Shown here one piece after another: positions 30,520-39,321 of a DNA stretch of 53,710 nt. The stretch is from contig JAZUAI010000030.1 of assembly GCA_045637945.1 (NCBI GenBank), forward strand, positions 1 through 53,710, read 5' to 3'. Each line of letters begins with the position of its first letter. Within the stretch, counting starts at the first letter, position 1. The notes under the pieces were generated by a model. It was given only the letters and a program-made list of their open reading frames with translations. It did no database searches and had not been told where the DNA came from. The DNA comes from Clostridia bacterium (GTDB lineage: Bacteria; Bacillota; Clostridia; Christensenellales; UBA1242). The position numbers and the translations under genes are program-made.

Positions 30520-31203
30520 TTAACCTTTTAAAATCTTCTTAAGCTCAGTTTTATCTTTAAGTGCAAGTTTTGCACAATCTATTTGAGCTTGTTTTTTTGT
30601 TGTTGCCACACTTCTAGCTAAGAAAACATCATTTACATATATTTCTGCACAAAAAGTTCCTGGCTGTCTTGGAATTTCATAAGTAAAGTAAACCAAATTA
30701 GATCCTTTAACTTTTTGAACTTCCTCTTGCAATAAAGATTTATAATCAACATCTTTTTTCTTAACACTTTGGTTAATATCTATAAATCTAAAAACAAATC
30801 TTTTTGCTTTTTCAAGGCTACTATCAACATAAATAGCGCCAACTATACTTTCAAATAAATCTTCTTTAATAGATTTTGCTGGATTTTGTTTTCCAAAGCT
30901 TTTACCAAGCATAATATATTGGTCAAGCTCTAAACTTTCAATAATTTCAGCCAAATTATCACTATTAACCATTTTAGAACGCCACTTGCTCATTTGGCCT
31001 TCTTCAACATTAAAATTATTATAAAGATAATCAGCTACAGCAAAATTTAAAATTGAATCGCCTAAAAATTCTAATCTTTGATTGCTTGCCACATTGTGCT
31101 CATTAGCATAAGAAGAATGTGTAAAAGCTGTTTTTAGGATATCTTTATTTTTAAAGCCATAATGGATTATTTTTTCTATTTTTTTAATATCAAACTCAAC
31201 CAT
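30520..31203 (-). CDS. rnc: Ribonuclease III
   Basis: 227 aa. Signature NQRLEFLGDSIL plus a C-terminal dsRBD. Confidence 0.93.
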   Translation of the reverse strand: MVEFDIKKIEKIIHYGFKNKDILKTAFTHSSYANEHNVASNQRLEFLGDSILNFAVADYLYNNFNVEEGQMSKWRSKMVNSDNLAEIIESLELDQYIMLGKSFGKQNPAKSIKEDLFESIVGAIYVDSSLEKAKRFVFRFIDINQSVKKKDVDYKSLLQEEVQKVKGSNLVYFTYEIPRQPGTFCAEIYVNDVFLARSVATTKKQAQIDCAKLALKDKTELKKILKG

Positions 31204-32212
31204 TTAACTTATCTCCCATATTAACAAGTTCTTCTTCAATAGTTTGACAAAATTTATTAAGGTGCAATGTTCTTACTTGTTCAATTGATTTTAAGAAAGC
31301 AAGAGCATCACTAGCTCCGTGTCCCTTAACAACAAGTTTTTTAATACCTAAGAAAGCTGCACCACCATGTGCATTATAGTTGAAAGTTTCTTTTAAATTT
31401 TTAAAAGCTTTTTTCATAAATAAAGCACCTAACTTGCTAAAGAAACCCTTTTTTATTTCTTTTTTCAAAGAACCCATTACGAACATTGCAGTTCCTTCAA
31501 CTGATTTAAGTAAGATGTTTCCATAAAAACCATCTGCAACTACAACATCATAGTTACCACTTAAAAAGTCTCTTGCTTCCATATTACCTACAAAGTTTAT
31601 AGGCATCTTTTTAAGTTCTGCAAAGCATTGATGGCAAAATTCATTACCTTTTTTATCTTCTGTTCCAATATTTAACAAGGCAACTCTTGGCTCTGGTTTA
31701 TTATAAAGTGTTCTTGCATAAACAGAAGCCATAAGAGCAAAGTGGCAAAGGTTTATTGGTTTGCAATCAATATTTGCACCAGAGTCAATTAGTAAAACTT
31801 TTCCACCGTCTTTTGCAGGTAAAACTGGGCAAAGAGCTGGTCTTGAAATACCTTTAATTCTACCAATTTTTAAAAATGCACCTGTTAACACTGCCCCTGT
31901 GCTACCACAAGATACAAGACCAACAATTTCATCATTTTGTTTTAAAGCATCAAATGCTTTTACCAAACTTGAATTTGGTTTAGATTTAACAGCCTCAGTT
32001 GGAACTTCTTCATTTGTAATTACATCTTCGGCTGGGATAATTTCAATTTTATTTTCATCATATTGGTATTTGCTTAAAAGAGATTTTAACTCTTCTTCTT
32101 TACCAGCTAAAACAACTATAACGTCATCATAAAGTTTTACAGCGTTAACAGCTGCTTCAACTGCTTGGCTTGGTCCCAAATCATTACCATAAGCATCTAC
32201 AACAATTTTCAT
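31196..32212 (-). CDS. plsX: Phosphate acyltransferase PlsX
   Basis: 338 aa. Starts MKIVVDAYGNDLGP and contains the GSTGA motif. Its 3' end overlaps the rnc start by 8 nt. Confidence 0.92.
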   Translation of the reverse strand: MKIVVDAYGNDLGPSQAVEAAVNAVKLYDDVIVVLAGKEEELKSLLSKYQYDENKIEIIPAEDVITNEEVPTEAVKSKPNSSLVKAFDALKQNDEIVGLVSCGSTGAVLTGAFLKIGRIKGISRPALCPVLPAKDGGKVLLIDSGANIDCKPINLCHFALMASVYARTLYNKPEPRVALLNIGTEDKKGNEFCHQCFAELKKMPINFVGNMEARDFLSGNYDVVVADGFYGNILLKSVEGTAMFVMGSLKKEIKKGFFSKLGALFMKKAFKNLKETFNYNAHGGAAFLGIKKLVVKGHGASDALAFLKSIEQVRTLHLNKFCQTIEEELVNMGDKLNG

Positions 32213-32268
32213 ATAAAACCCCCAATATAAACGAATTTATTATACATTAAAAAACAATTTACACCAAA

Positions 32269-32303
32269 TAAAAAAAGCAACATAAGTTAATTTTTATGTT
32301 ACT
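32269..32303 (-). terminator. Intrinsic terminator after aspartate kinase (end of the DAP cluster)
   Basis: GTAACATAA/TTATGTTGC stem followed by UUUUUUU on the minus strand. Confidence 0.65.
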
Positions 32304-32333
32304 TTTTTATTAAAATTTAAAAAATATAAAGCA

Positions 32334-33647
32334 TTAAAATAGCGAACTATACAAAATTTGAATTGTTTTTTCAAATTCACTTTCAGGTATACCAAAAATA
32401 ATTGAAATTCCACCTGCACCTTTGTTAAGAGTTATAAGTTTTGCATCTGTTTTAAATAGACTATCAAAAACTTGTTTTTCTGCTTCTCTATTTGATTTTA
32501 GCAATGAACCTACAACTGAAATCAAAGCTACGTTTTCAATAATTTCTAACCTATCTGGTTTGATTTGTTTATAAATATCATCAAGTAAGTCTTTTGAATT
32601 TGTTGAATTTACAAAATAACTTTTTACAATAATAGAAACTGAGTCAATACCTGTTGGTATGTGTTCAATTGAAATATTGTATTTTTTAAAGATATTAGCA
32701 ATTTTTTCAATAATACCTAGGCTTTCATTAATATCAAACTTATCAATGTGAATAATTGTAAAGCCTTTTTGACCAGCAATACCTGTAAGTTTTTTATGCT
32801 TAATTTTGTTACTATCTGGCATAATTAAACTTCCTTTACAGGTAGGATTAAAAGTGTTTCTTAAATTTAAAACAATATTATTTTCTCTTAAAAATCTAAC
32901 GCAATCTTGGTGTAAAACATTTGCGCCCATATAAGATAATTCTCTTAATTCGTGATAACTTAATTCTTCAATCAACTCTGGATTGTTACACAATCTTGGG
33001 TCTGCACTTAAAAAGCCATCAACATCAGTCCAGTTTTCATAAACAGGAGCATCACAAATAGCAGCAACAATTGCACCAGAAACGTCAGAACCACCCCTAG
33101 AAAAAGTTTTAATTTTTCCTTTATAATCTTGACCATAAAAGCCTGGGATAACATAGTTCTTGTTATTTTGAACTAAAGAATTGAATTTTTGTTTTGTTGA
33201 TTCTAACTCTACTTTACCACTTTTATCAAAAGTAATAAAATTTGCAGCATCTAAAAATTCATAACCAAAGAACAATGATATAAGTCTTGCAGAGAAAAAT
33301 TCTCCACGAGAAACAACATAATCATAATCTTTATGGGCTTCTATATTTTTATATAAGTCTTCAAAATATGGAGTCAAATCAATTGTTAAGTTAAATTCTT
33401 TTTTAATTTCTTCAAATCTGTTTTTAAAGGCTTCAAAATCTTTTGAAAAGTCTTCTCCACTTTTTGACAAATTAAAGCAATTTATTAAGCAATCTGTAAG
33501 TTTTATATCGTTTTTGTCTCTTTTGCCAGGAGCTGATACTATAACAAATCTTTTGTTACCTGATAAAACAATCTCTTTTACTTTTTTAATATTTTCAGAA
33601 CTTGCAAGCGAAGTTCCACCAAATTTGCAAACAATATTTTTGTTCAT
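32334..33647 (-). CDS. lysC: Aspartate kinase (monofunctional)
   Basis: 437 aa. Contains KFGGTSLAS and VVSAPGK-type motifs, with a C-terminal ACT-like region. Last gene of the DAP cluster. Confidence 0.85.
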   Translation of the reverse strand: MNKNIVCKFGGTSLASSENIKKVKEIVLSGNKRFVIVSAPGKRDKNDIKLTDCLINCFNLSKSGEDFSKDFEAFKNRFEEIKKEFNLTIDLTPYFEDLYKNIEAHKDYDYVVSRGEFFSARLISLFFGYEFLDAANFITFDKSGKVELESTKQKFNSLVQNNKNYVIPGFYGQDYKGKIKTFSRGGSDVSGAIVAAICDAPVYENWTDVDGFLSADPRLCNNPELIEELSYHELRELSYMGANVLHQDCVRFLRENNIVLNLRNTFNPTCKGSLIMPDSNKIKHKKLTGIAGQKGFTIIHIDKFDINESLGIIEKIANIFKKYNISIEHIPTGIDSVSIIVKSYFVNSTNSKDLLDDIYKQIKPDRLEIIENVALISVVGSLLKSNREAEKQVFDSLFKTDAKLITLNKGAGGISIIFGIPESEFEKTIQILYSSLF

Positions 33648-33678
33648 TTTTCCTACCTATAAATCATTGTATTAAAAT

Positions 33679-34437
33679 TTATTCAAAAAGGTTTTTCATT
33701 GTATATAAATTTGCTGGTTTATTTATTAAAAATTTTGCAGCTTTAAGTGCACCATCAGCAAATACGCTTTTTGAAAAAGCTTCGTGAGAAATTTTTATAA
33801 CTTCGTTTTCGCTAATAAAGTCAATTTCATGATCACCAACATAACCACCACCACGAATAGCATGAATACCAATTTCTTGTGGTTTGCGTTTTTCTGATGC
33901 TGGAGTTCTACCAAAAACAAGTTCAGCGTCTTGTCTGATTTGACTTACTTCTCTTGCCATCATCAAGCCTGTTCCACTTGGAGCATCTTTTTTCAAATTG
34001 TGGTGTTTTTCAATAATTTCAACATCCCAACCATTAAGCATTTGGGTTGCTTTTTTAATTAAATTTAAAAGCACAAAAACACCTTCACTCATGTTTGAAG
34101 ATTTGAAAATTGGAATTACTTTTGAAGCTTCTTCTACTTCACTTTCATGTTTTGCAGTTAAGCCTGTTGTAGCTAAAACTAAAGGTTTTTTGTTTTTAAC
34201 ACAAAAATCAATAACCGTTGATGTTAATGAAAAGTGAGAAAAATCAATAACAATATCGCAGTTTGTTGACATGTTAATATCACCAAAAACTTTTACTTCT
34301 TTATGTGCATTTTGGCAAGCTTCAACTTCAGCAGGTAAAACAAGACCTTCTGTAACAACCAAATCTTTATCTTTTTTTGCGCAATTATATATGGTTTGTC
34401 CCATTTTTCCGCTAAAACCACAAATTAAAATATTCAT
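33679..34437 (-). CDS. dapB: 4-hydroxy-tetrahydrodipicolinate reductase
   Basis: 252 aa. Contains GFSGKMG and EKHHNLKKDAPSGTG motifs. Confidence 0.92.
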   Translation of the reverse strand: MNILICGFSGKMGQTIYNCAKKDKDLVVTEGLVLPAEVEACQNAHKEVKVFGDINMSTNCDIVIDFSHFSLTSTVIDFCVKNKKPLVLATTGLTAKHESEVEEASKVIPIFKSSNMSEGVFVLLNLIKKATQMLNGWDVEIIEKHHNLKKDAPSGTGLMMAREVSQIRQDAELVFGRTPASEKRKPQEIGIHAIRGGGYVGDHEIDFISENEVIKISHEAFSKSVFADGALKAAKFLINKPANLYTMKNLFE

Positions 34438-34486
34438 ACTAAAAATCCCCTTTATAACTTTATCTTTTGTATTTTAAAGTTATTAC

Positions 34487-35371
34487 TTATATATTTAATC
34501 CTAAATTTTTTAAGCTGTTTTTAACAATTTCTTTATTTTTATCTTCAAGTTCTGTCAAAGGCATTCTAATTTCACCTTCACAAAGATTTAAAACGGAACA
34601 TGCATATTTAACAGGAATTGGATTTACTTCAATAAATAAATTTTTGTTAATTTCTAAAAGTTTTTCGTGTTTTTTCAAAGCTGATTGATAATTATTGTTT
34701 AAACAATCGTCAATAACTTCTTTAACTTCTTTAGGTAAAGCGTTTGCTGTAACACTAATGCAACCTAAAGCACCAAGAGTCATCATAGTGTAATTTAAAC
34801 TGTCATCACCAGAATAAATTGCAATTTCATCTTTTAACTCTTTGCAAATATTTACTATTTGAGAAATATTTCCACTTGCTTCTTTCAAACCACAAATTTC
34901 TGGTATTTTAGCAAGTTTTGCAGCTGTTTCAGCTGTAATATTAACGCCGGTTCTTCCTGGAACATTGTAAGCAATAATAGGCATTTTAACAGCATCTGCA
35001 ATCATTTGATAATGTTTTACTAATCCGTTTTGTGTGCATTTGTTGTAATAAGGTGTAACAATAAGTAAGGCATCTGCACCATGCTCTTTTGCATATAAAC
35101 TATCTTGAATAACTTTTTCTGTGTTATTTCCACCTGTTCCAATAATAAATTTTGCTTTAGAACCAATCAATTTTTTAGAAAAATCAATAACTTGGTGTTT
35201 TTCTTCAACAGTCATAGTTGCAGGCTCGCCTGTTGTTCCTAAAACCAAAATAGCATCCGTTCCATTATTTAATTGATGTTTAATAAGTTTTTCTAAACTT
35301 TCAAAATCAACTTTATTATCTTTAAAAGGTGTAATTAAAGCAACACAACTACCTTTAAATACATATTTCAT
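34487..35371 (-). CDS. dapA: 4-hydroxy-tetrahydrodipicolinate synthase
   Basis: 294 aa. Contains ALITPF...GTTGE...Y.YNVPGRTG. One-nt overlap with the asd stop. Confidence 0.93.
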   Translation of the reverse strand: MKYVFKGSCVALITPFKDNKVDFESLEKLIKHQLNNGTDAILVLGTTGEPATMTVEEKHQVIDFSKKLIGSKAKFIIGTGGNNTEKVIQDSLYAKEHGADALLIVTPYYNKCTQNGLVKHYQMIADAVKMPIIAYNVPGRTGVNITAETAAKLAKIPEICGLKEASGNISQIVNICKELKDEIAIYSGDDSLNYTMMTLGALGCISVTANALPKEVKEVIDDCLNNNYQSALKKHEKLLEINKNLFIEVNPIPVKYACSVLNLCEGEIRMPLTELEDKNKEIVKNSLKNLGLNI

Positions 35372-36372
35372 TACATTTTACCTTCTTTTTTGTATTCTAA
35401 GATTTTTTCTAAAATTTGAACAGCATTTGTTGCAGCACCCTTTCTTATGTTATCAGCTACAACCCACAAGTTAATTCCATTATCTACAGAGAAGTCTCTT
35501 CTAATTCTACCAACATAAACTTCATCTTTGTCTTTGCACAAAACAGGCATTGGATAAACATTTTTCTTTGGATCATCCATAACGATAACATTTTCAAAAT
35601 TCTTTAAAGCTTCAACAGCGTCGTTTAATTCATAAGGCTTTTCAAATTCAACATTGATGCTTTCGCTGTGGCAATCAAAAACAGGAACTCTAACTGTTGT
35701 TGCTGTAATTTTTAAATCTTGATTGTGCAAAATTTTTCTTGTTTCAAAAATCATTTTTTCTTCTTCTTTGGTATAACCATTATCAAGAAAATCATCAATA
35801 TGAGGTAATGTGTTTGAAAAAATTGGATGAACAAATTTTTGTGGAGCTTCGCCCTTTACCCCGTTTTGTAAGTCTAAATAACCTTTTTGGCCAGCACCTG
35901 AAACAGCTTGATAGGTTGAATAAACAATTCTTTTAATATTGTATTTATCGTGCAATGCTTTTAGAGGCAAAATTGCTTGAATTGTTGAACAGTTTGGATT
36001 TGCAATAATACCCTTATTCCATAAAATATCTTCTGGGTTAACTTCAGGAACTACCAATGGAATATTTTCGTCTCTTCTCCAGGCACTTGAGTTATCAATA
36101 ACAATAGCGCCATTTTGAGCAAAAACAGGAGCATATTCTTTTGAAATACTGCCACCAGCTGAAAATAAAGCATAATCTATTTTTTTATCTACAATGTTTT
36201 CAACCTTAAGTTCAATAATAGTAAACTCTTTGCCAAACATTTCAATTTTTTTGCCAGCACTTTTACTGCTTGCATAAAGATAATAATTATCTGCTTTAAT
36301 GTTTCTTTCTTGTAAAACTTGAATAAATTTACTTCCTACCATACCGGTAGCACCTACAACGGCAATATTCAT
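35371..36372 (-). CDS. asd: Aspartate-semialdehyde dehydrogenase
   Basis: 333 aa. Contains VVGATGMVG and the NPNCSTI active-site Cys context. Confidence 0.93.
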   Translation of the reverse strand: MNIAVVGATGMVGSKFIQVLQERNIKADNYYLYASSKSAGKKIEMFGKEFTIIELKVENIVDKKIDYALFSAGGSISKEYAPVFAQNGAIVIDNSSAWRRDENIPLVVPEVNPEDILWNKGIIANPNCSTIQAILPLKALHDKYNIKRIVYSTYQAVSGAGQKGYLDLQNGVKGEAPQKFVHPIFSNTLPHIDDFLDNGYTKEEEKMIFETRKILHNQDLKITATTVRVPVFDCHSESINVEFEKPYELNDAVEALKNFENVIVMDDPKKNVYPMPVLCKDKDEVYVGRIRRDFSVDNGINLWVVADNIRKGAATNAVQILEKILEYKKEGKM

Positions 36373-36498
36373 AAATAAAATCTCCTTTTTATTTTTATAA
36401 ACATAATAGTATTTTATAGTTTAATTTATAATTTTTGTGCAAAAATTTTTAGTAACTTAAGTATAGCAAAAACAAGTTAATGCACAAAACAAATTATT

Positions 36499-37869
36499 TT
36501 AATAATTTTTTAAATAGTTTTTTAACCAGTTTGAAGTTTGATTTGTTGAATCAATATCAAGTTTTTCATTAACTGAATGAGCATCTGTTATTGTTGGTGA
36601 AACAATTACCACATCAAGTTTTTTAACTCTTTCTTGAAAAATACCACATTCAACTGCAATATGCATTTTTACTTCTTTTGGTGAATCACCATACTTAATT
36701 AAATCAGATAATAATTTTGAATTTTCAAAAGTATTAAAAGCGGGCTGAGTATCTTCTATTTTGCATTGGAATTTATATTTTTTGCAAAGTTCTTTTAAGT
36801 TTTTAAGCATTTCTTCTTCTTTTTGCTTACTTGAGCTTCTAAGACCTACCTTGAAATAACCTTTTTCTGCGCAAATTTCAGATAAATTTTGAGAAGCTAC
36901 CACATAATTATTTTGTTTGCAAAAAACACCATGATTAAAATCTTTTATAAAGTTTAATATTTCTTGCCCATTTTTGATAATTAAATTTTGATTTAATTGT
37001 CTTGAACATTTAATCTTTAAATTTTTATAAATTTTTTTATTTTGAGCATAAAAATATTTGATTATATTTTTTAACTCTTTTTCATCAATATCTGTAGTAA
37101 AAACACATTCAGTTTTAGAAGGTATAACATTGTAGTTATGACCACCATACAACCTATTTATTTTTAAAGATGGAATTTTTAATAATAGTTGTGTTAACAA
37201 CTTATGAGATGAACCCCTGTTTTTATCAATATCAAAACCAGAATGCCCACCCTCTAGGCCTGACAATGAAATTAAATAGGTTTTATTTTTAATATTTTCT
37301 TCAATAAAAACTTTTTCACTTTCAAACCAAATATAAAAATCAGTAAAACTTGCACTTGAAGTCATAACAGTGTTCCCTTCAAAGCCATCAAGGCAAATCA
37401 TTTTCTTTGATTTTAATTTTTTTACATCTATTTTATAAGCGCCTTCCATAGTAGTTTCTTCACTACTTGTAAAAACAGCTTCAATATTTACAGGAATATC
37501 ACTGCTTAAAATATCTAATATCAACGCTACCCCAATGCCATCATCAGCACCAAGTGAAGTTTCTTTTGCAGTTAAAAAGTTTCCTTTTTTTACAATTTGT
37601 ATAGGATCAACCATAAAATCAACTTTTGATTTTGGTGACTTAACACAAACCATATCTGTATGAGCTTGCAATATTATTGGCTCTTTATCGCAAGTCTTTT
37701 TAAAAATAATAACATTGTTGAAATCGTCTTTAAAATAAGGAAGATTATTTTTGGTAGCAAAATTTACAAGATAGTTTTGCATGGCTTTTTCATTGCCAGA
37801 ACCTCTTGGTATTTTACAAATTTCTTCAAAATATTTAAAAACAGAATTATCAACAATGTTACTAATCAT
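36499..37869 (-). CDS. pepD: PepD-type (M20C) aminoacyl-histidine dipeptidase family peptidase
   Basis: 456 aa. N-terminus FEEICKIPRGSGNEKAMQNYL...ILQAHTDMV, plus GADDGIG, SSEETTMEGA, GGHSG and DAHSVNE, matching the PepD metal and catalytic motif order. Confidence 0.8.
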   Translation of the reverse strand: MISNIVDNSVFKYFEEICKIPRGSGNEKAMQNYLVNFATKNNLPYFKDDFNNVIIFKKTCDKEPIILQAHTDMVCVKSPKSKVDFMVDPIQIVKKGNFLTAKETSLGADDGIGVALILDILSSDIPVNIEAVFTSSEETTMEGAYKIDVKKLKSKKMICLDGFEGNTVMTSSASFTDFYIWFESEKVFIEENIKNKTYLISLSGLEGGHSGFDIDKNRGSSHKLLTQLLLKIPSLKINRLYGGHNYNVIPSKTECVFTTDIDEKELKNIIKYFYAQNKKIYKNLKIKCSRQLNQNLIIKNGQEILNFIKDFNHGVFCKQNNYVVASQNLSEICAEKGYFKVGLRSSSKQKEEEMLKNLKELCKKYKFQCKIEDTQPAFNTFENSKLLSDLIKYGDSPKEVKMHIAVECGIFQERVKKLDVVIVSPTITDAHSVNEKLDIDSTNQTSNWLKNYLKNY

Positions 37870-37877
37870 TTTTTATT

Positions 37878-38678
37878 TTACTTAACAATCTCAAATGTAG
37901 GATCAGGAATAGTGTAAGGTGTTTTATCTAAAACCAAAGTTTTAAGTAAAACGCCATCAGCTTGTTCTTGAACAGTTGAAGTTAAGCCTCCTATTTGTTC
38001 TTGTTGTGACATATAAACTAAACCGTCAGTTAAGTTTTCAGTGCTTACTTGTTCATCAGCAGTTAATACAATATTTGGTTTGTCAACTTTAATAGCATCG
38101 TGTGTAAATGGACGATACATTAAAATAGTTAAACCTTCTTGTCCCATATTGCCTTCTGCAGTGCTGTCTGAATAAAAACCTACATAGTTACCATGTTGAC
38201 TCAAAATCTTTAAACTGCCATAGTTATCATAACTTACTTCATAAGCCATACCTACTGCTTCGTGAGTATCTCTTGCAAAATCTTGAGTTCCCTTTGTTAC
38301 AATGCGTGATAACTTTGAAGCTATTCCTAAGCCTTGGAAATTTGGGTTTACATATAAGCCACCTAATGTATATATGTTACCCTTTTCTTCATCTTTTGGC
38401 AAAGTAAAATAAGGATAATCTTCAGGTAGTTTTTTGCTAACTGCAATACCTGCAAGTTCTCTATCATAATAAGCACCAACAAAAGCAAAACCTTGTTCAA
38501 GGTATTCTTCAATTTTTTCTTTGCTTAATGCTCTCATATGTCTTTTCATACCGCTATATGTGCGATATAACTCAACAATTTCATTTGCAGATTGTGGTGT
38601 TTCAAATCTTAAATTTGGATTTTTAATTAGTTGATTTTCTTGTTCCATTCTTGCTGAAACATAGTCTCTTAAGTTCAT
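37878..38678 (-). CDS. Uncharacterised GNAT-like protein, first gene after the lysine riboswitch
   Basis: 266 aa. The only recognisable element is an acetyl-CoA motif-A-like VNPNFQGLGIASKLSRIV in mid-protein. The long N- and C-terminal flanks have no motif I can name. Its stop lies 8 nt before the pepD start. Confidence 0.45.
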   Translation of the reverse strand: MNLRDYVSARMEQENQLIKNPNLRFETPQSANEIVELYRTYSGMKRHMRALSKEKIEEYLEQGFAFVGAYYDRELAGIAVSKKLPEDYPYFTLPKDEEKGNIYTLGGLYVNPNFQGLGIASKLSRIVTKGTQDFARDTHEAVGMAYEVSYDNYGSLKILSQHGNYVGFYSDSTAEGNMGQEGLTILMYRPFTHDAIKVDKPNIVLTADEQVSTENLTDGLVYMSQQEQIGGLTSTVQEQADGVLLKTLVLDKTPYTIPDPTFEIVK

Positions 38679-38749
38679 TTTTTATTTTCTCCCGTTATTT
38701 AAAACGAGAATAGATGGTTAAGTTCAAAATTATTTTTATATGGCCTTTT

Positions 38750-38990
38750 AAAAAACAAAAAAGACCACAGGATTTTGAACTTTCAAAACCGTGGTCTTAC
38801 TTAATTGCCATTGTTTTGATAGCCCTCCACAACAATCGTTGTGACAGTTTAAGATATGTTATAACTTAAACCAACCAAAAAAGTTTTACAGTTTATCCTT
38901 TTTTGATTTCGGCAATTTTTCCTTTTTGCTATTAGGCAATAACTGTTTCCTAATAGATACTCATAAAAACTGCGCCTCTATCCTCTACAT
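38750..38990 (-). promoter_or_regulatory. Lysine riboswitch (L-box) with intrinsic terminator expression platform
   Basis: The minus strand reads AGAGGCGCAG ... UUGCCGAAA ... ACUGUCAC ... GUGGAGGGCUAUC, the conserved L-box blocks in the correct order. This is followed by AAGACCACGGUUUUGAAAGUUCAAAAUCCUGUGGUCUUUUUUGUUUUUU (plus 38750-38799). Confidence 0.85.
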
Positions 38991-38995
38991 AAAAT

Positions 38996-39024
38996 ATTTT
39001 AGCACTCTATGTGCCTATTGTCAA
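38996..39024 (-). promoter_or_regulatory. SigmaA-type promoter of the lysine-riboswitch operon
   Basis: TTGACA-17 nt-TAAAAT, immediately upstream of the AGAGGCGC block. Confidence 0.65.
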
Positions 39025-39045
39025 TACTTGTTTTATACCAAAACA

Positions 39046-39080
39046 TCAAAAAACAAAGAGAAAAGAATTTTCCCTTTGTT
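39046..39080 (-). terminator. Intrinsic terminator after rpmF
   Basis: AACAAAGGGA/TCTCTTTGTT imperfect stem followed by a U-run on the minus strand. Confidence 0.55.
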
Positions 39081-39118
39081 TCCTAGTTTTTTTATAAAAA
39101 AAATCAAAGAACCAAAAA

Positions 39119-39316
39119 TTACTTTTCTTCTTTTTCTTTGCTTTTAACAGCGATAACTTCTTTGCCATTGTAGTAACCACAAGCACTACATACAGTATGA
39201 GCTTTAATTTGTGCTTTGCAATGTGGGCATTCTACAAGTGTTGGAGCTGTTGCTGTCCAAGTTGCTTTTCTGCTATTTCTTCTTGCTTTACTTACTTTTC
39301 TTTTTGGTACTGCCAT
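39119..39316 (-). CDS. rpmF: 50S ribosomal protein bL32 (Zn-ribbon form)
   Basis: Starts MAVPKRKVSKARRNSR, with CPHC...CSAC. Confidence 0.95.
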   Translation of the reverse strand: MAVPKRKVSKARRNSRKATWTATAPTLVECPHCKAQIKAHTVCSACGYYNGKEVIAVKSKEKEEK

Positions 39317-39321
39317 TTTTA

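Noticed and set aside
38926-39147. 73-aa plus-strand ORF.
   Set aside because: It lies antisense across the lysine riboswitch aptamer, its promoter and the rpmF terminator. It has no RBS, and its composition is dictated by the structured RNA.
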